NCBI GenBank assembly: GCA_021613535.1
Contig: CP075497.1
Location: 3,224,001-3,288,000 of the forward strand
Reading direction: 5' to 3'
Length of the DNA stretch: 64,000 bases
Source: Adineta vaga
Lineage: Eukaryota > Animalia > Rotifera
Made by a program: the position numbers and the translations under genes. The notes under the pieces were generated by a model. The model did not search any database, was not told the DNA's origin, and was given only the letters and a program-made list of their open reading frames with translations. Below, piece after piece: positions 36,932-51,730 of this stretch. The stretch's first letter is position 1, and each line of letters begins with the position of its first letter.

Positions 36932-39900
36932 ATGTTTGAAGCGATTATAGCTTCTCTATTAAAAGGTTATGTTGCCCGTTATGTTGATATAAATGCTGAT
37001 CAATTATCTGTTCAATTACTCTATGGTCGACCGATTGTCGTAGAAAATTTAACATTCAATAAAAGTGCGTTGAATAATGATCTTCGAACAAAATTAAAAT
37101 TACCTATTGAAATTGAATCTTTACATGTTGGAAAGATTCAATGTTCATTCGTTTGGAGTTCATTATTTTTTCGTTCATCATCATCTGCATTTATTATTAA
37201 AGTTGAACATGTTCGTGCTGTTATTAAACCGATCATACTCGATGATAATAATGACAATGAATCGGATGAATTACTTGAAGAAGACGAAATGATTAAGAAA
37301 CAAACTCGATTAGATTTATCCGAACAACAATTAGAAAAAGAATATGAATATCTCGGAGAAGTGAAATCATCTTCATGGGGTTTTAGACGTTTAATCTTAT
37401 CGTTTTTAGAAAAAATTCAAGTACAAATTATCGATGTTCATATTAGTTATGAAAGTTTCACATCAGATAATACTCCCTATTCAGTTGGATTAGCATTTGA
37501 TAATATTCAAATATCAAATGAATTATCGAATGAGAATATGAATAGAAAACTTTTTCAAGTCCATAATCTTGCTCTTTATGCTGATTCAAATCCATCGAAA
37601 GACAATTCTTCTTCATCTTCACATTCATATATTCTTTTACCATCAAATTCAATAAAGATTTATTTAACTCATAATTATCTTCGTTCAGCATTAGTTAATC
37701 GTCGACAGCCACGTTATGAACTTGAATGGACATTTGATGATTTAAGTTTAAAATCAAGTATTGAACATATACGAATTCTTTCCGATGTCACTCGTTTTAT
37801 TCAATATTCGAATACACATCGTAAATTTATTAATGATCCGAGTCGACCAATAATGAAAATATCCCAACAATCTATAAGATTATGGTGGCGATATATAACA
37901 TTAGTTATCATTCGTACACAAAATTATTTAAAAACACCTGTTTCAAATGAACAAACACATACAACAACTAATTTTTGGTTTAATTCAAATATTCTAAATA
38001 AACGTTTGAAACAATTAGTTACTTATAAACGTTTATATCGTTTATATCTTGATAATAAATATTTAAAACGTCCAACAAATACGAATTTTACACCTGCTGA
38101 TCGTTCGATCATGAATGAGATTGAAATAGATTTTGATTTCGATTGTTTAGTTCGTATTCGTCGTCTTATATTTCGTAAACGTGCGAATGAACAATATGAT
38201 TTAGTTCAAAATCAAACAACAAATAATCAACCAGCAGGTTCATGGTATATGAGTTATGCTAAATGGGTTAGTTCAAAAACAGTTGATCTATGGAAAACTT
38301 CATCACCAGCAGATGTAAATCAAGCAATTATTTCGAATATGACACCAGGAATTCCGTTGAATGAGAATGATCAAAAATTGCAAGAACAAGTGAATAATTT
38401 CATTGCTCAGTCATTAGAAGATGAAGATCTTTCACAAAATCGTCGTGATGCTTTATATTTACGATTAAAATTTGTATTGAAATCAGTGCAAATTGATTTA
38501 ATAGCTGATAATGATGTACTATTCAATTTTTCATTGAATAATGTTTCAGTATTAACAGAATTAAGACCTCGACATCAATCCGTATTATTTTATTTACGTC
38601 TAGATGATTTAAACATTTGTGATCGATTACGAACTGATGCTTTTTCGAATATTATCTGTCCAAAACAACGTTCCCAAGAGTAAGTCAATGATCAACATCC
38701 TCTTTTCTATTTCTATTCAATTTAGCTCATCTACTTGTACACAACGTGCTCCAGTATTTGAATTCTCCTATGAAACAAATCCTCCTGCACAACAACCTAA
38801 AACAAAACGACTCGCTTTTTCTATCGCTGTTCGTAGTCGTGGTCTTTGTTGTGTTTGTTGTCCCATATCTGTAGAACGTCTAAGAAATTTCTTTTCATCT
38901 GCATTTGTTGAACCATTATTCGAACCATCATCATCATCATCATCAACATCAATTCTTCAACATTGGACACATTTAAAAGAACGTACTACAAAACAATTAA
39001 GATCTGCATTCGAACAAATCTTTTCTACCTCAACAACAAAAATGACATCTTCGAATGTTAAAAATATCAAACAAGGACAACGTAGACATAAGAAAAAATT
39101 TGATATCTATCTAGATATTTGTGCACCACAAATGATTATTCCACAATCATCTGATCGTGCTCTTATTGTTGATTTTGGTTATTTAACATTTATTAATGAT
39201 GAATACCAGAAATATTCTTGTCCATTAAAAAATTGTGATATGCATCATACTGGTTCAACATCACCAACATCTCTTAGCAGTTATTTTCAGCAACGTCCTT
39301 ATTTTTTTAATGAACAACGTTCATCACCTATTCCATCAGTAGTCAATGAAGATGAAGATGATGAATTTCTTACACCTGATAGTTCTCCATTAGCAACGGA
39401 TGGTATACTTGAAAATGAAACAACAAACTATCCTGTAAATATCATTCCAAGAGAACAAAGTTTATCACCAACAAATGATCCAAAAGATCTCATGTATTCA
39501 ACATTTTCATTATCATTATGTGATATGCAATTAGGTTATTTAACTTATACAAATAATCAAGCACACAATAAACTGTCATCCATTATTGAAAAATTTGGTG
39601 TTTGTTTTCTAATTCAATATCGAACTATACAAACATTTGAACCATTATGGCCGTTAATTAAAGTATCTGGAGCATTACCAAAGATTATTATACATCTTGA
39701 TCCATCTCGAATAGAAACTCTATGTGGTACCATTAAAAATTGGGGATCATTTGTTGAAAATCTAACTTCATCGATTGTTTCTAAATCCGATATTTCAAGT
39801 ACAAAAATATCTATCGATGAATTCAATGTACGTTTAGCACTTAGTTTTCGTATTAATGAAATTAGTATTCAATTAAGCGATGAACTTCGTGCGCTTTCTG

Positions 39901-42900
39901 AAATGCGTATACAAAACATTGATTTAACATTAATAAATCATCTTCATTCCAATATGTTATCATTTAGTGTTCATACATTAATGATTATTGATGCATTACA
40001 AAATCATGGTAAAGATTATGAATTATTACTAACAAGTAATCGTGCACTAGATATTAATACTCAAACAGGAACATTATATGAATTAAATGAGTATACATCA
40101 AAACCAAATGAAGATTATTTAATACGTGTTAATATTCAATCATCAACAGATATTGTAACAGATGAAAATCGTTTAATAGTTGATATTCATGTGAATAAAT
40201 TACATCTTGTTTTTAATCCAGAAACATTAGCGATATTAATAAATTTTTTTGTGAATATAACTTATCGAATGAAAACAATACTTGGACAAAATAATAAAGA
40301 ACCAGACGAAAGAATATCAAATGATAGAAAGGAGAAAACGACGAGATTTCAAATAAATGGTGAATTTCAAGAATTAAGTATTCTCTTTACAAATGCTTTC
40401 ACAATAAAATCAACTGGAAAACGATTTCTTGGAACGAAATTAGAAAAAATAGCTGCAGCAAGAATGAAACAAGCATCATTGAATATTACACTTGAATCAG
40501 CAACATTCGTTGAAGTCGATATTTGTGCTTTACAAATATTCGATCTCCTTCACAATTCATCATTTACTACACAAGATGAACAATCAAGTGCAATAATTGA
40601 TTTTGGAATTGATGAGCAAAAATCTTTTGATTCGGACAAAGTTCAAGCAAATAAAGCATTTCATTTGGTTTATAACAATAATCACCATCGAATTGAAGAT
40701 TTATTGATCGAAATGGCATCCGTTTGTTATACACATTCACCAAAGATTATTTTCAAAATCGAAACAATCCTAAATTATATGGCACAACATTGTCATTCAA
40801 AAATAGCTATTGAAATGGAAAAAATGAAACAAAATATGATTAAACAAGGTTCAATACTACTCAATCAATATGTTGCCCCAAATGAATCAAGTAAGATTGA
40901 GAGTAAATAGAATAGTCTAGTGCTTTCTTTTGAACATGTATGTTCAGATTAAACTTCATTAAAATTGATTTTTGCTTTTCTCTAGTTGTACCAACTGAAG
41001 AACCAACTCGTCAATTAAATTTAAGTATAATTCTTGCTACTCCTATTCTTATTTTCCGTCCTCAATCAAAATTAGCTTCGACAAATGATCGATTAGTGTT
41101 TCATCTTGGTGATATACATGTTGAGAATCCTGAAAATCACTCATCAAATTATGAAATTAAAATAAACCATTTAAATCTGTTTTCTGTTGATCTTCAACAT
41201 GAATTTCGTCATAATCAAGGTAAAAATCTTACACGAATGTATAAAGATCCACATTTACCATTACCAATTCTTGATAATATATCCATCCATTTGGATTTGA
41301 AATTATCTGATACATCGACAACAATTGATTCAAAATTAGTTTCTTCTGTTCAAATGTTTCTTGGTAAACAACAAATAACTCTTCTACAGAATATCATTAG
41401 CTCATTAACATATAATGAATATGATCACATTGTATCATCAACAGTAAATCAAACTGATGAAGATTCTTTATTATTATTTGATCCAGAAGAAGAAGAAGAC
41501 GACGATGATAATGATAATGAAAAAGAAACACAACTTTCCGATACAGAAAAACTAGCTCAAGCAAAATTCAAAACATTTGCTATTCATTTTCAATTACCTG
41601 AATTAATTCTTGCATTTCAAGCTGATTTAGATCTAAAACCAATGAAAGTTTGTGAAGCCGTCTTTGGTCAATTTCAAATGGCTATTGAACAACAACATCC
41701 ATTCTGTAAAACAATTCTCTTACGTTTAAATTCTTTACATATTAATGATCATTTGATTAAAGTTGATCAATGTCTTTTTTCGACACGTTGTCGAAAAGAT
41801 TCATCTTCACATTATTTTCGAGACGAACAAATTATATCTTCATCCGTTCCCATTGAAAGATATACTATACATAATGATCCTTTATCAAGTTCAGTACCAG
41901 CTTATATGATTTCAAATGAAAGTTCAACTTGGACATTAATACCCTCAACATCAACCACAACCATCGACAATGAGAACAACATCAACAGTAGTAGCACCAG
42001 CATTTATTGATATTAATATAACATTAATGGATAAAAGACATGAACAATTCAATCAATTTAATATAATAGCAGATGCACAATTTGGAGAAGTAAATATTCA
42101 ATTCGTTATTACGACATGGGTAATGTTATTGGACATTATTGGTTTAATTGGCGGAGCACCAACATCAACAAATATCGGTAAGATAAATGTTTACAAGAAA
42201 AACGATCTTATGAAATCTTTATTTAGATACTCGAGAAAATAAAGAAGTTATTCCAATATCAGACAGTGATTCGATGCAAATTAATATTCATATCGATGCT
42301 GTTTCATGTCTTCTTAAAGATGATCATATTCCTCCTATTCGACTTTCTTTACAACGTCTTGATTGTCAAATTCAAAATTTTCTTACGATTGAAAAAGCAA
42401 TTAAAACTTTGGTTGTTAATGGAAAACTTGGTTCTATTTCTATCTATGATTTATCAACCTACGGACAATTATATGAAGAACGTTTTTGTACAAGTGGCAC
42501 TAATGCATTAGTATTTACTTATACAAAAGAAGAAAATCTTATTCCAGTACCTTCATCTAATTTTCCATCACGTTTACAATTATATTTACGTATGACTTCG
42601 GTACAATATATTCATACACAACGTTTCCTAATGGATGTCATTCATTTTTTTGATCGTTTTCAACATAATCAAGATTGTTACAATCGAATACGATCAGCTG
42701 CTGCTGGTCAAATCATTTCATGTGCAGCTGGTCGATCAACTGGTATTGAACTTGATATTGAAGCAGAAAGTCCAATTCTTATTCTACCTGAATACGCTTT
42801 GAATACACCTGTTATAATACTTCATCTTGGAAATGTAATTATTAAAAATCGTTTTCTCTATGAAAATGAACCTGGAACATTAAGTTCAATTATGAATAAA

Positions 42901-45900
42901 TCAAAAGATTCTAAATGTTTACTCGATGTTATTTCTGTACAATTTCAAGATACATTGCTTTATTCCGCTATTTATTGTAAATTAAATACAAACATTCAAC
43001 CAACCGTGCGATTTTCTAATTTTGGTTTTTATACAGTTCGTGATGATTTATCGTCCATGTTACGTGAACGTAGTTATTTAAATATACATATTGAACGTAA
43101 TCTTGATAGTTCATTAAGTCATGCATCGCCAACATATAGTGTTAAAGCTGATCTATCTTCTGTTGATATTCTTCTTGATACATACCAATATTCATTAGTA
43201 CGTGGTATACTTGCTTATAATATTGGTGAACAATTAGAACAGCCTACACGACCGGCCATGATGGTCGATGATCCATTATGTGTATCAACAATTTTAACAG
43301 GTGATGTTTATCTAGATATGATATTTATTATTCAAATGGACAATGTTGGTTTTGAAATTTTTATTCCAAATGATTCAAAACGTTATTCATTAGGTTATTG
43401 TGCATTTATCAAATCACATTTTTCATTTGAAAAATATTCTAATAATAATCAAGTTCTTGATTTAACATGTTCATCAATTAAATTAATTGATACGAGAACA
43501 GAAAATTCCAATCAATTTCGTGAAATACTTATTTCATCACCATCAATGAATAAAAGTACAAGTAATATGCAATTAGAAATACATTTATTGTCAACAAAAA
43601 CGGATGATAAATATACAATTGTATTGAATCATACAAGAATATTATTTATTGTTGATTGGTTATTAAAATTAAATGATTTCCTCAATTCATTTCAACAAGT
43701 ATCTATGCAAACAAATCCAATTATATCATCTGTACCTGTTCAAACTAAAAAATTCTTTGAATTACGATTAAATTTTAATAAATCAGAACTTGTTCTCGTT
43801 CAAACAACTGAAAATTTACAATCAAATGCATTAGTTTTAAGTGGTATTATGATTTTAACTTATCGAGAATCTATACAAGATCGTCCTATGGAATGTAATC
43901 TATTCAATCTTACCCTATTTTCATGTCAAATGAATAATATTCAATCAACTGCTGTATCTATAATTGAACCAATAACGATTACATTTAATATACATTTATC
44001 AAAAGATAAATTACAACAAATATTTGAAGTTAATCTTCCACAATTATTCATACGTCTATCATATTCTGATGTAAAATTAATGTTATATATGTTTCAATCG
44101 ATTAATAAACAAATTCTTCAAGCACAATCACGTGATATTATACCGAAATATAAAATTTCATCACCAACCAAACGTTTATCGATTGATAATGAACTTTTAA
44201 TGGAATATTGTCCGGAAGACAATCAAACTGGTTTTCGTATTCGATCAGCTATTGCATCAACTATTGGTGATCAACAACGACAATTATCTATCGTTGGAAA
44301 TACCAAAGAGAAAACATCAAAATTATTTCTAAATATTCATTCAATAAAATTTATCTGTGAACAAATAAGTCTTTGTTTAATTGATGATTGTCTTAATGCA
44401 AATATACCATTAATAAATTTAACATTTAAATCAACTAAACTACTTCTTACTGAATATGAAACATATCGTTTTCATCACGCTGATTTACAATTAAATATTG
44501 ATTATTACAATCGTTTATTATCTGGTTATGAACCATTTATTGAATTATGGCCATTACAATTAACATTAAAAACATCAGATAATCAATCATCATTAGCTAT
44601 TTGTTCTAATCATTTATTAAATATAAATTATACAAAAACAATGCATAAACTATATGATTTAGTCAAAAACAGTTGGCTGGAAGATTATTATAATACAGAT
44701 AATATTAATAAAGAAAATATGTATTTTCGTCGACCGAAACCATTTGAACCTTATTGTTTTAAAAATCTTGTTGGACAATCTGTCAAATTTCGAACATGGT
44801 TATCATCACAACAACGATTTGATTTGAATGATCATATTGTTGAATATAACGAAACAAAATCATTCATCTTTCCAAGTGAAACATCAACAACACCGAAATC
44901 GAATGTAAATAAAGAAAGTCAAACATCATCATCATATTCTGATCGACGTTTATTAATATCTGTTGACGGTTGGGAATGGTTACAACCAATATCGATCGAT
45001 CGTGTTGGAACATTTTTTCGACTTGCAGTACCATCCGGTGATCGATTACAGAAACCTATTCTAGTATTTATTGATGTCACAATGACAGATAGTTCCATGC
45101 GTTTAATAACAATTCGATCAGCCATTGAAATACGTAATCATTTATTAACATCCATTGATATTCGATTAAAATGTGGATCAGGATCATTACATGATATTCG
45201 TTTAGAACCAAATGAAGTTCGTGCATTACCATTACAATTCTGTTCAACATTGAGACAATTTCAAGTTCGACCAGCTGATTTTGTATTTAATTATTGTGGA
45301 GAACCGATTAATTGGATGGAAATTGCTAATGAACAACGACGTAGAGGACAACAAGATGAACAAAAGTAAATCAATTTCAAATCTAACACGTTTTTTCTTC
45401 TATAATTTCTTTTTTTTTTAGTCATGAAAATAATTCAATAGCTGAAACTAATTCTTTACAACAACGTAATCGTGATATTAATTCAACTGATCGTCTATCA
45501 TTCTTTCGTACATGTTTAATTAGTGGAAATGAATCAGTTTATCATGTCTGTGTTCAATCCAAACGAACTCGTCTATTAGCATATAAAGATCATATACTAT
45601 CTGCATATCAATTATCAATTCTTTCACCATTAATTATAAATAATTTACTTCCATGTGATTTATTTTTTCAAATGCATCCATATCCTCAAAAAGTTCGATT
45701 AAATCCATATAAATCTCATCGTGAACATACATTAAATATTGGTCAAGCTATTGATATAAGCTTTGCTACAGATGTCTATCATATGATTAAACCAATACAT
45801 GTACCATCAATTAATGATCTAAATTTCATGAAATATCATCATCAACGTGTGGCATTTTATGATAGTATTCAACGAATCTTATTAGTTGATATTACTATTG

Positions 45901-48900
45901 TTTGTTCGATTCGACATCGTTTAAAAATATCAGTTTCTATTCCATATGTTTTACTTAATAAGAGTGGTATACCGTTAGTTTTCAAACAAGAAGGTGCTCT
46001 AAATGAAGCAGCTGGTCAAACACATGAACATGAATTAGCTCGAAGTCGTGAACCATTATTATTTTCATTTAGTGATCAAGAAGCATCTCATGCATGTATC
46101 ATGAAAGTTGGTTCAGGTTTACATAAAAATGATGATGGTCGACCATCATGGTCACAACGATTTAGTTTAGGTAAAACTGTTCTTTCTTCTAGACTTATTT
46201 TCTTTGTTAATGAAGTGTAATTATGTTTAGAACGAGGTTCAAGTTATCGTCAATTATATGTTCGTTCTCCTCATGGTTCACCTGATTGGATTTATTATAT
46301 TGGAATTGATGTTCGTCAAGGTAAAGGACGTTTACGTCGAACAAATTTTATATTTCTTAGTACACGATATATGATAAGTAATCAATGTTCCTATGATTTA
46401 TCGATTGCACAACGACATATTGTTCGAGCTATGTTACAGACAGGTGATCGTAGTGATTTAGAACAAAATTGTTTACATGTATTAAAAGATTCGAATGTTG
46501 CTTATCATTGGCCAAGAAGTGATCTTGATCAATTATTATGCATTCGTGTTATTAACAATCCACAATATCGACATGCTTATTGGTCTGGTGGTTTTTTAAT
46601 TGATCGTGTAAATGCATTTCATATTAATTTAAGATATGGTAATAATCAATGTTTAATACTAAGAGTACAAGTTATTGAACGTGGTGGTACATTCTTTGTT
46701 GTTTTTATGGATTCTAATCAAACGCCAGCTCCTCTTCGTATTTGTAATCTATCTGATGTTCCAATACAATTCTATCAAAGTGAAACACGAGAAGAATTAA
46801 CATATTTACGTGCATTTATTCAACCGCATCAATCAATTGATTATGCATGGGACGAACCAACACTTCGAGAGACAATTACATGTTCTGTTGTTGGCGGTAC
46901 AAAAGAAACTTATGATTTACAAAAATTTGGTCATGGAGAAAATTTATGTTATGAAAATCATATCTGTTTAGTACTTGAAGAAACATTTCGGGATGAACCA
47001 TTGGTAAAATATCAACCGAAACGTTCTCTACTAAAATCGAGTTCCGTTAGTGAACATACTCCCTTTCATTTGTCAGATCGCAAACATCTAGTGATTGATT
47101 ATATTCAAGGTCAATTAGTTCTTGCACGACGTGAAGAAAATAAACGTTCACAATTATGGCGTATGACTAGTAGCGGTTTATTAGTGCATACGGGTTCATC
47201 ATCACCACGTGATTGGAGTAATAAAAATGATACATCCGATGATATTCGACAAGCATTTGTACTTGATATTGAAGAACTTTCAACGAATGCGTCGATGAAT
47301 GTTACTTCTACAACACGTTTTACTCGTTTGGTTATTCGTCGATATGATTCAAAACGAACATTTACACAAACATGGAAATTTCTTGATGATGGATATCTAT
47401 GTATGGGTCAAACACAAATGTGTGTACAAGTATTGGGTGAATTAAAAGAAAATACTGCAGTTGTACTTGGACCACGTCATTTCAATAAACAAGGAACTAT
47501 GCTTCCACCTTCAGCAACAATGCATATTCGTCCACATCGACGTTTACAAGGTTCAGGTCTTCTTTCAGTACGAACTTATGCTGATGGACCTACACGTATT
47601 CTTGAAATAGCAAATGTTAAAACATCAAATTCATTAGAAAATCTTAAAAGTAAAGCATTAACAACAGCAACAGCAACAACAATATCGACAATAAGCAATG
47701 ATATACCATCGATGATCTATCGTTTTGATCTTCGTCTTGAAGCTGGTATTGGTGTATCAGTGATTAATTCAATGGGTCGAGAATCAGAAGAACTTCTTTT
47801 TATTATATTAAATGATATTCGACTTGATTATAAAGATGAAAATAATGAACAATCTATTAATGGTACTATTGGAACAATCGTCGTTTCCAATCAATTATTA
47901 ATGACATCAACACCATGTTTACTCTATTCTACATATGAAGAAGAGACATCGATTCAATCAGCTGTTCGATTACAAGCAAGTTTACAAAAACCAAGTGCCA
48001 ATTATAAGTAAGTTATTTAATTCATTTTTTTAATTCATCCATTTGTTCTTTCATTTTCTAGACAATTATATATTTTCCATTATTTATTAATTACTTTAAG
48101 TACAATAACGATTCAAATTGATGAAATTCTTCTTTGGAAATTAGTTGAATTTTTTAGTATTGATTTTTCTTCTTCTTCATCGTCATCAACCAATAAAACA
48201 TCTAAAACCAATGATCAAATTTATGATTTAGATGAAGGTGAATATGATACTCAACGTTTATTATCATTACTAACATCAACACAAGCAACACGAATTTATT
48301 TTAATGAAGTATCTTTATCATCAATTTATCTTAATCTAAGTGTTTTTTGTGGTAATTCACGTTCATTACCTGCTCATTTGTTGACTATAAAACGTCGTGC
48401 ACCATTTCCATTGATACGTTTTGAAAATGCACAAATTCATTTAAAATCATATGAACATGTTCATATATTTAATACGTATGATTTCTTTTTACTTGCACTC
48501 ACTACGCATTATGTTGATGAACTTAAACGACAAGCTTTTAAAATTCTTGGAAGTGTTGACTTTCTTGGAAATCCATTGGGATTATTCAATGATGTGACAG
48601 ATGGTTTCGCTAGTCTTGTTGATCATGGTAGTGTAACAGGTTTAGTTAAAAATGTTGCACATGGTGTTGCTGATTCCACATCGAAATTTACGGGCACATT
48701 ATCTTACGGCCTTGGTAAACTCGCTCTCGATGAAGAACATGATGATATGCGTGAAGCAATTGCAAATAATTATCGTGGATCATCGATAGGTCATGTTATT
48801 GGTGGGACAGTAGGTTTAGCAGCTGGATTTATTGGTGGTTTAACGTCGATTATTACACAGCCATACAAAGGTGTAGTGGAGGATGGTGTAGGTGGATTAG

Positions 48901-49777
48901 TCAAAGGTTTTGCAAAAGGTATTGTTGGAACAGTAAGTAAACCGGTGGTTGGCATATTAGATTTCGCTAATGGTTTAGCATTGGCAGTAAAAGAAGGTTC
49001 ACGTTCATCAAATGCAATATTAAGAAATCGTATGCGAACAACACGATGTCCAACTAATATCTTTGGACTTCTACAACCATATTCAGATTTTGATTCTCGA
49101 GGACAACTTTTATTATATCAAATGAATAAAGGAGATTTAACAGAACGGTATATAACACGATTGGTTCTTTCACAAACACCAGCAAATTCTTCATCAAAAA
49201 GAAGATTAGACAATACAAGTAACGATGATTATGCAACTGATCGACGAAGTTGTTGTATACATGTATGTTCTTGGAATGAATCTATGAAAATAAAATATGA
49301 TTTTAAAATTATATTCTAGGCAATGATTACCTCACAACGTATTATTATTTATAGAACAGATACAAGTCAAGATGAATCGGATTATGAAATAATGCATGAT
49401 TTTGATTTTAGTTCAATTGCAAATGTTGTTGTGATAGGTACGTTACTTTTAGTATATCTTAAGATCTTTATCTTTTTATTTATTTAGATGATGAACATCG
49501 TCGACCATATGTTCAATTTTTTCTTCATAATCAATCTCATCGTTCAAATAAGTCGACAACTCCGACAGGTGGAAATCAATATCAACAAACAGTATTACGA
49601 TGTGATTTGCACGATCGAGCATTACGCTTAACTCGTGATATTCAACGTGCACGAGAAATTTTCGAAGAAGAAAAGTTAACTTATATTCCACCAGATGAAG
49701 AAGAAGACGATAATAATGACGATGATAATGATATTCCGCATGAACAACAGACAGATGAGTCCATGCAAATAAATTGA
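36932..49777 (+). CDS. VPS13D: Bridge-like lipid transfer protein VPS13D
   Basis: Chorein-N start (MFEAIIASLLKGYVARYV); DYYNRLLSGYEPFIELWP; VAB region (HELARSREPLLFSF, YAWDEP); VPS13D-type KRSQLWRMTSSGLLVH ricin-like insert; ILGSVDFLGNPLGLFND; ATG_C glycine-rich helices; PH-like C-terminus. Confidence 0.93.
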
Positions 49778-50137
49778 TTGACACTGGTCAATAGGAGTCT
49801 TCCATTGTACAGTAAATCTATATGTATGTGTCACAACAACCATGTCAAATGATGGTTATCATGAATTTGTTTTGAGTGGTGAACAATCCGTCCATATTTC
49901 ATGTTTCTAAACATCTACTTGTGTTGTGCACGATAAAACTTTTTCTCTCTTTATCTTTTCTTTTGCTCATAGAATTAAACAAAAGGGTGATGGCAACATA
50001 CTGCCGTTCTTGTTTTTTTTTCATAGATAAAAATAACTCTCATGAAGTTTTCATTCGATTATTTTTCTTTTCTAAAATATATATATATAAATAAATAATT
50101 TCAGAGAAAATCATTTTAAATTATTCAAACAAAAACA

Positions 50138-51243
50138 ATGGATGCTGCTGCATGTAAAAAACTTTTCAGTCTATGTTCACAATCTTTGAGTAGTACAGAG
50201 GTTGGCCGATTCAATTTTTATATCAAATTTATCGAATAATCATGTCATATATTTTTTATAGAATGAAAAGTTTTTCGAAGCTTGTCAGTTACTATGTTCA
50301 GTTATACCGACCATATCAGATGTATGACAATCAATTCTGATTTTCAATTTTATTTCAAATGTATTCATTAGGATGTATTTCAATCTCTACCGGATACTAT
50401 TCTGTTGGATCCACTTGGTAATCTCTTACAATGTCGTCTTCGTAAGTTATTGAAAACAATCATTCAATAATAGATTCGTTTTTTTAAGGCAATGAACAAC
50501 GAGCAATTCTTCTTGATGTTTATGCTTGCTTAATTGAAAAACATAAATCAGTAGTATTTCTTTGTCAACATAATAAAAATCGATTTATTTTATTGGTACT
50601 TCTTTGTGCTGTGGAAATACGAATGATGGTTGAAAATCCTCAAACGAATGAAGTAAGTTTCTCGAATGATTTCAACTAGTAATTTATACTTTTTTGTTCA
50701 ATAGATTTTAGAACATCAACAACATTTGGCTGCTTGTTACTTGATTATAGAATATACAATCGCTGTTATGTGTCAATCGGATGAATTAACAGATGATGAT
50801 GTTTCATCTATTCTTTCGAAATTAATTGATATGTTTCATGGATGCATTTTCTTGATTGATCAAATTATTGATAATGTTGAAGATAAACAAGTTAGATTAA
50901 GATATCAAGTTCATCTTTTATTTGAGTTTTATTATCCATTTTCATATAGGCATTAGATACCGTTCTTCAAGCAACAGTTCGGATATTAGGAATATGGCTT
51001 AGTCAAGAACCAATTGCTTTACAAAAAGCAGTACAACCTCGTCTAAATAAATGGATTCAATATGGGTAAGAACACGTTCTTTGTATAAGGATTATCGGCT
51101 CATTCTTTAACTATTTATTTAGATTAAATTCACCAACTTGTAACGAAGCGTTTAAAAAGTTTCTCGAACCAATTATGAAGTCTTATGAAGAAGACGATGA
51201 TACCTCATCAGCAATTACCAACACGTCTTCAACTACTTCATAA
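50138..51243 (+). CDS. Short neurochondrin/norbin-like protein (~270 aa)
   Basis: FILLVLLCAVEIRMMVE, LAACYLIIEYTI and LQATVRILGIWLSQEPIALQKAV match neurochondrin ([51 protein letters not shown]). Confidence 0.7.
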
Positions 51244-51730
51244 TTCCACTACTTTCTATTCTATAGAAGCAATTCCATCATGTGTACAATGTATTTTTGC
51301 TTCGCAAAGAAATTAAATAAACATACACCAGACTCACGATATCTTCGAAGTAGTATTTTCTACATGCGCTCTCATTCGACAATTGAATATGAATGTTATA
51401 CTCTCTATTTATTATAGTAAAAGCGAAATAATATTTTGTTTTTCAAGATAAAGCCTCGGAAGAAAGAGTTAATCGACATTCAGAAACAGTCTCAAATTAC
51501 ATATGCTACATAGTTCATCGAATACTTCAGATGTCGCTAGTTACCACTACTGATACTTTATGATGATTTGTGATTTGTCACAATGGAATAGTCAAAATTA
51601 TGAACGAATGACTGATGTTGTTTGACAAAAGGAAAAAAGGGCCGAATTCGAATATAAAAGAAAATCTCACATATACTTTATCAAGAGTGACACTGCTAAT
51701 TGTTTTTAACAACATCAGATAAATCTAATC

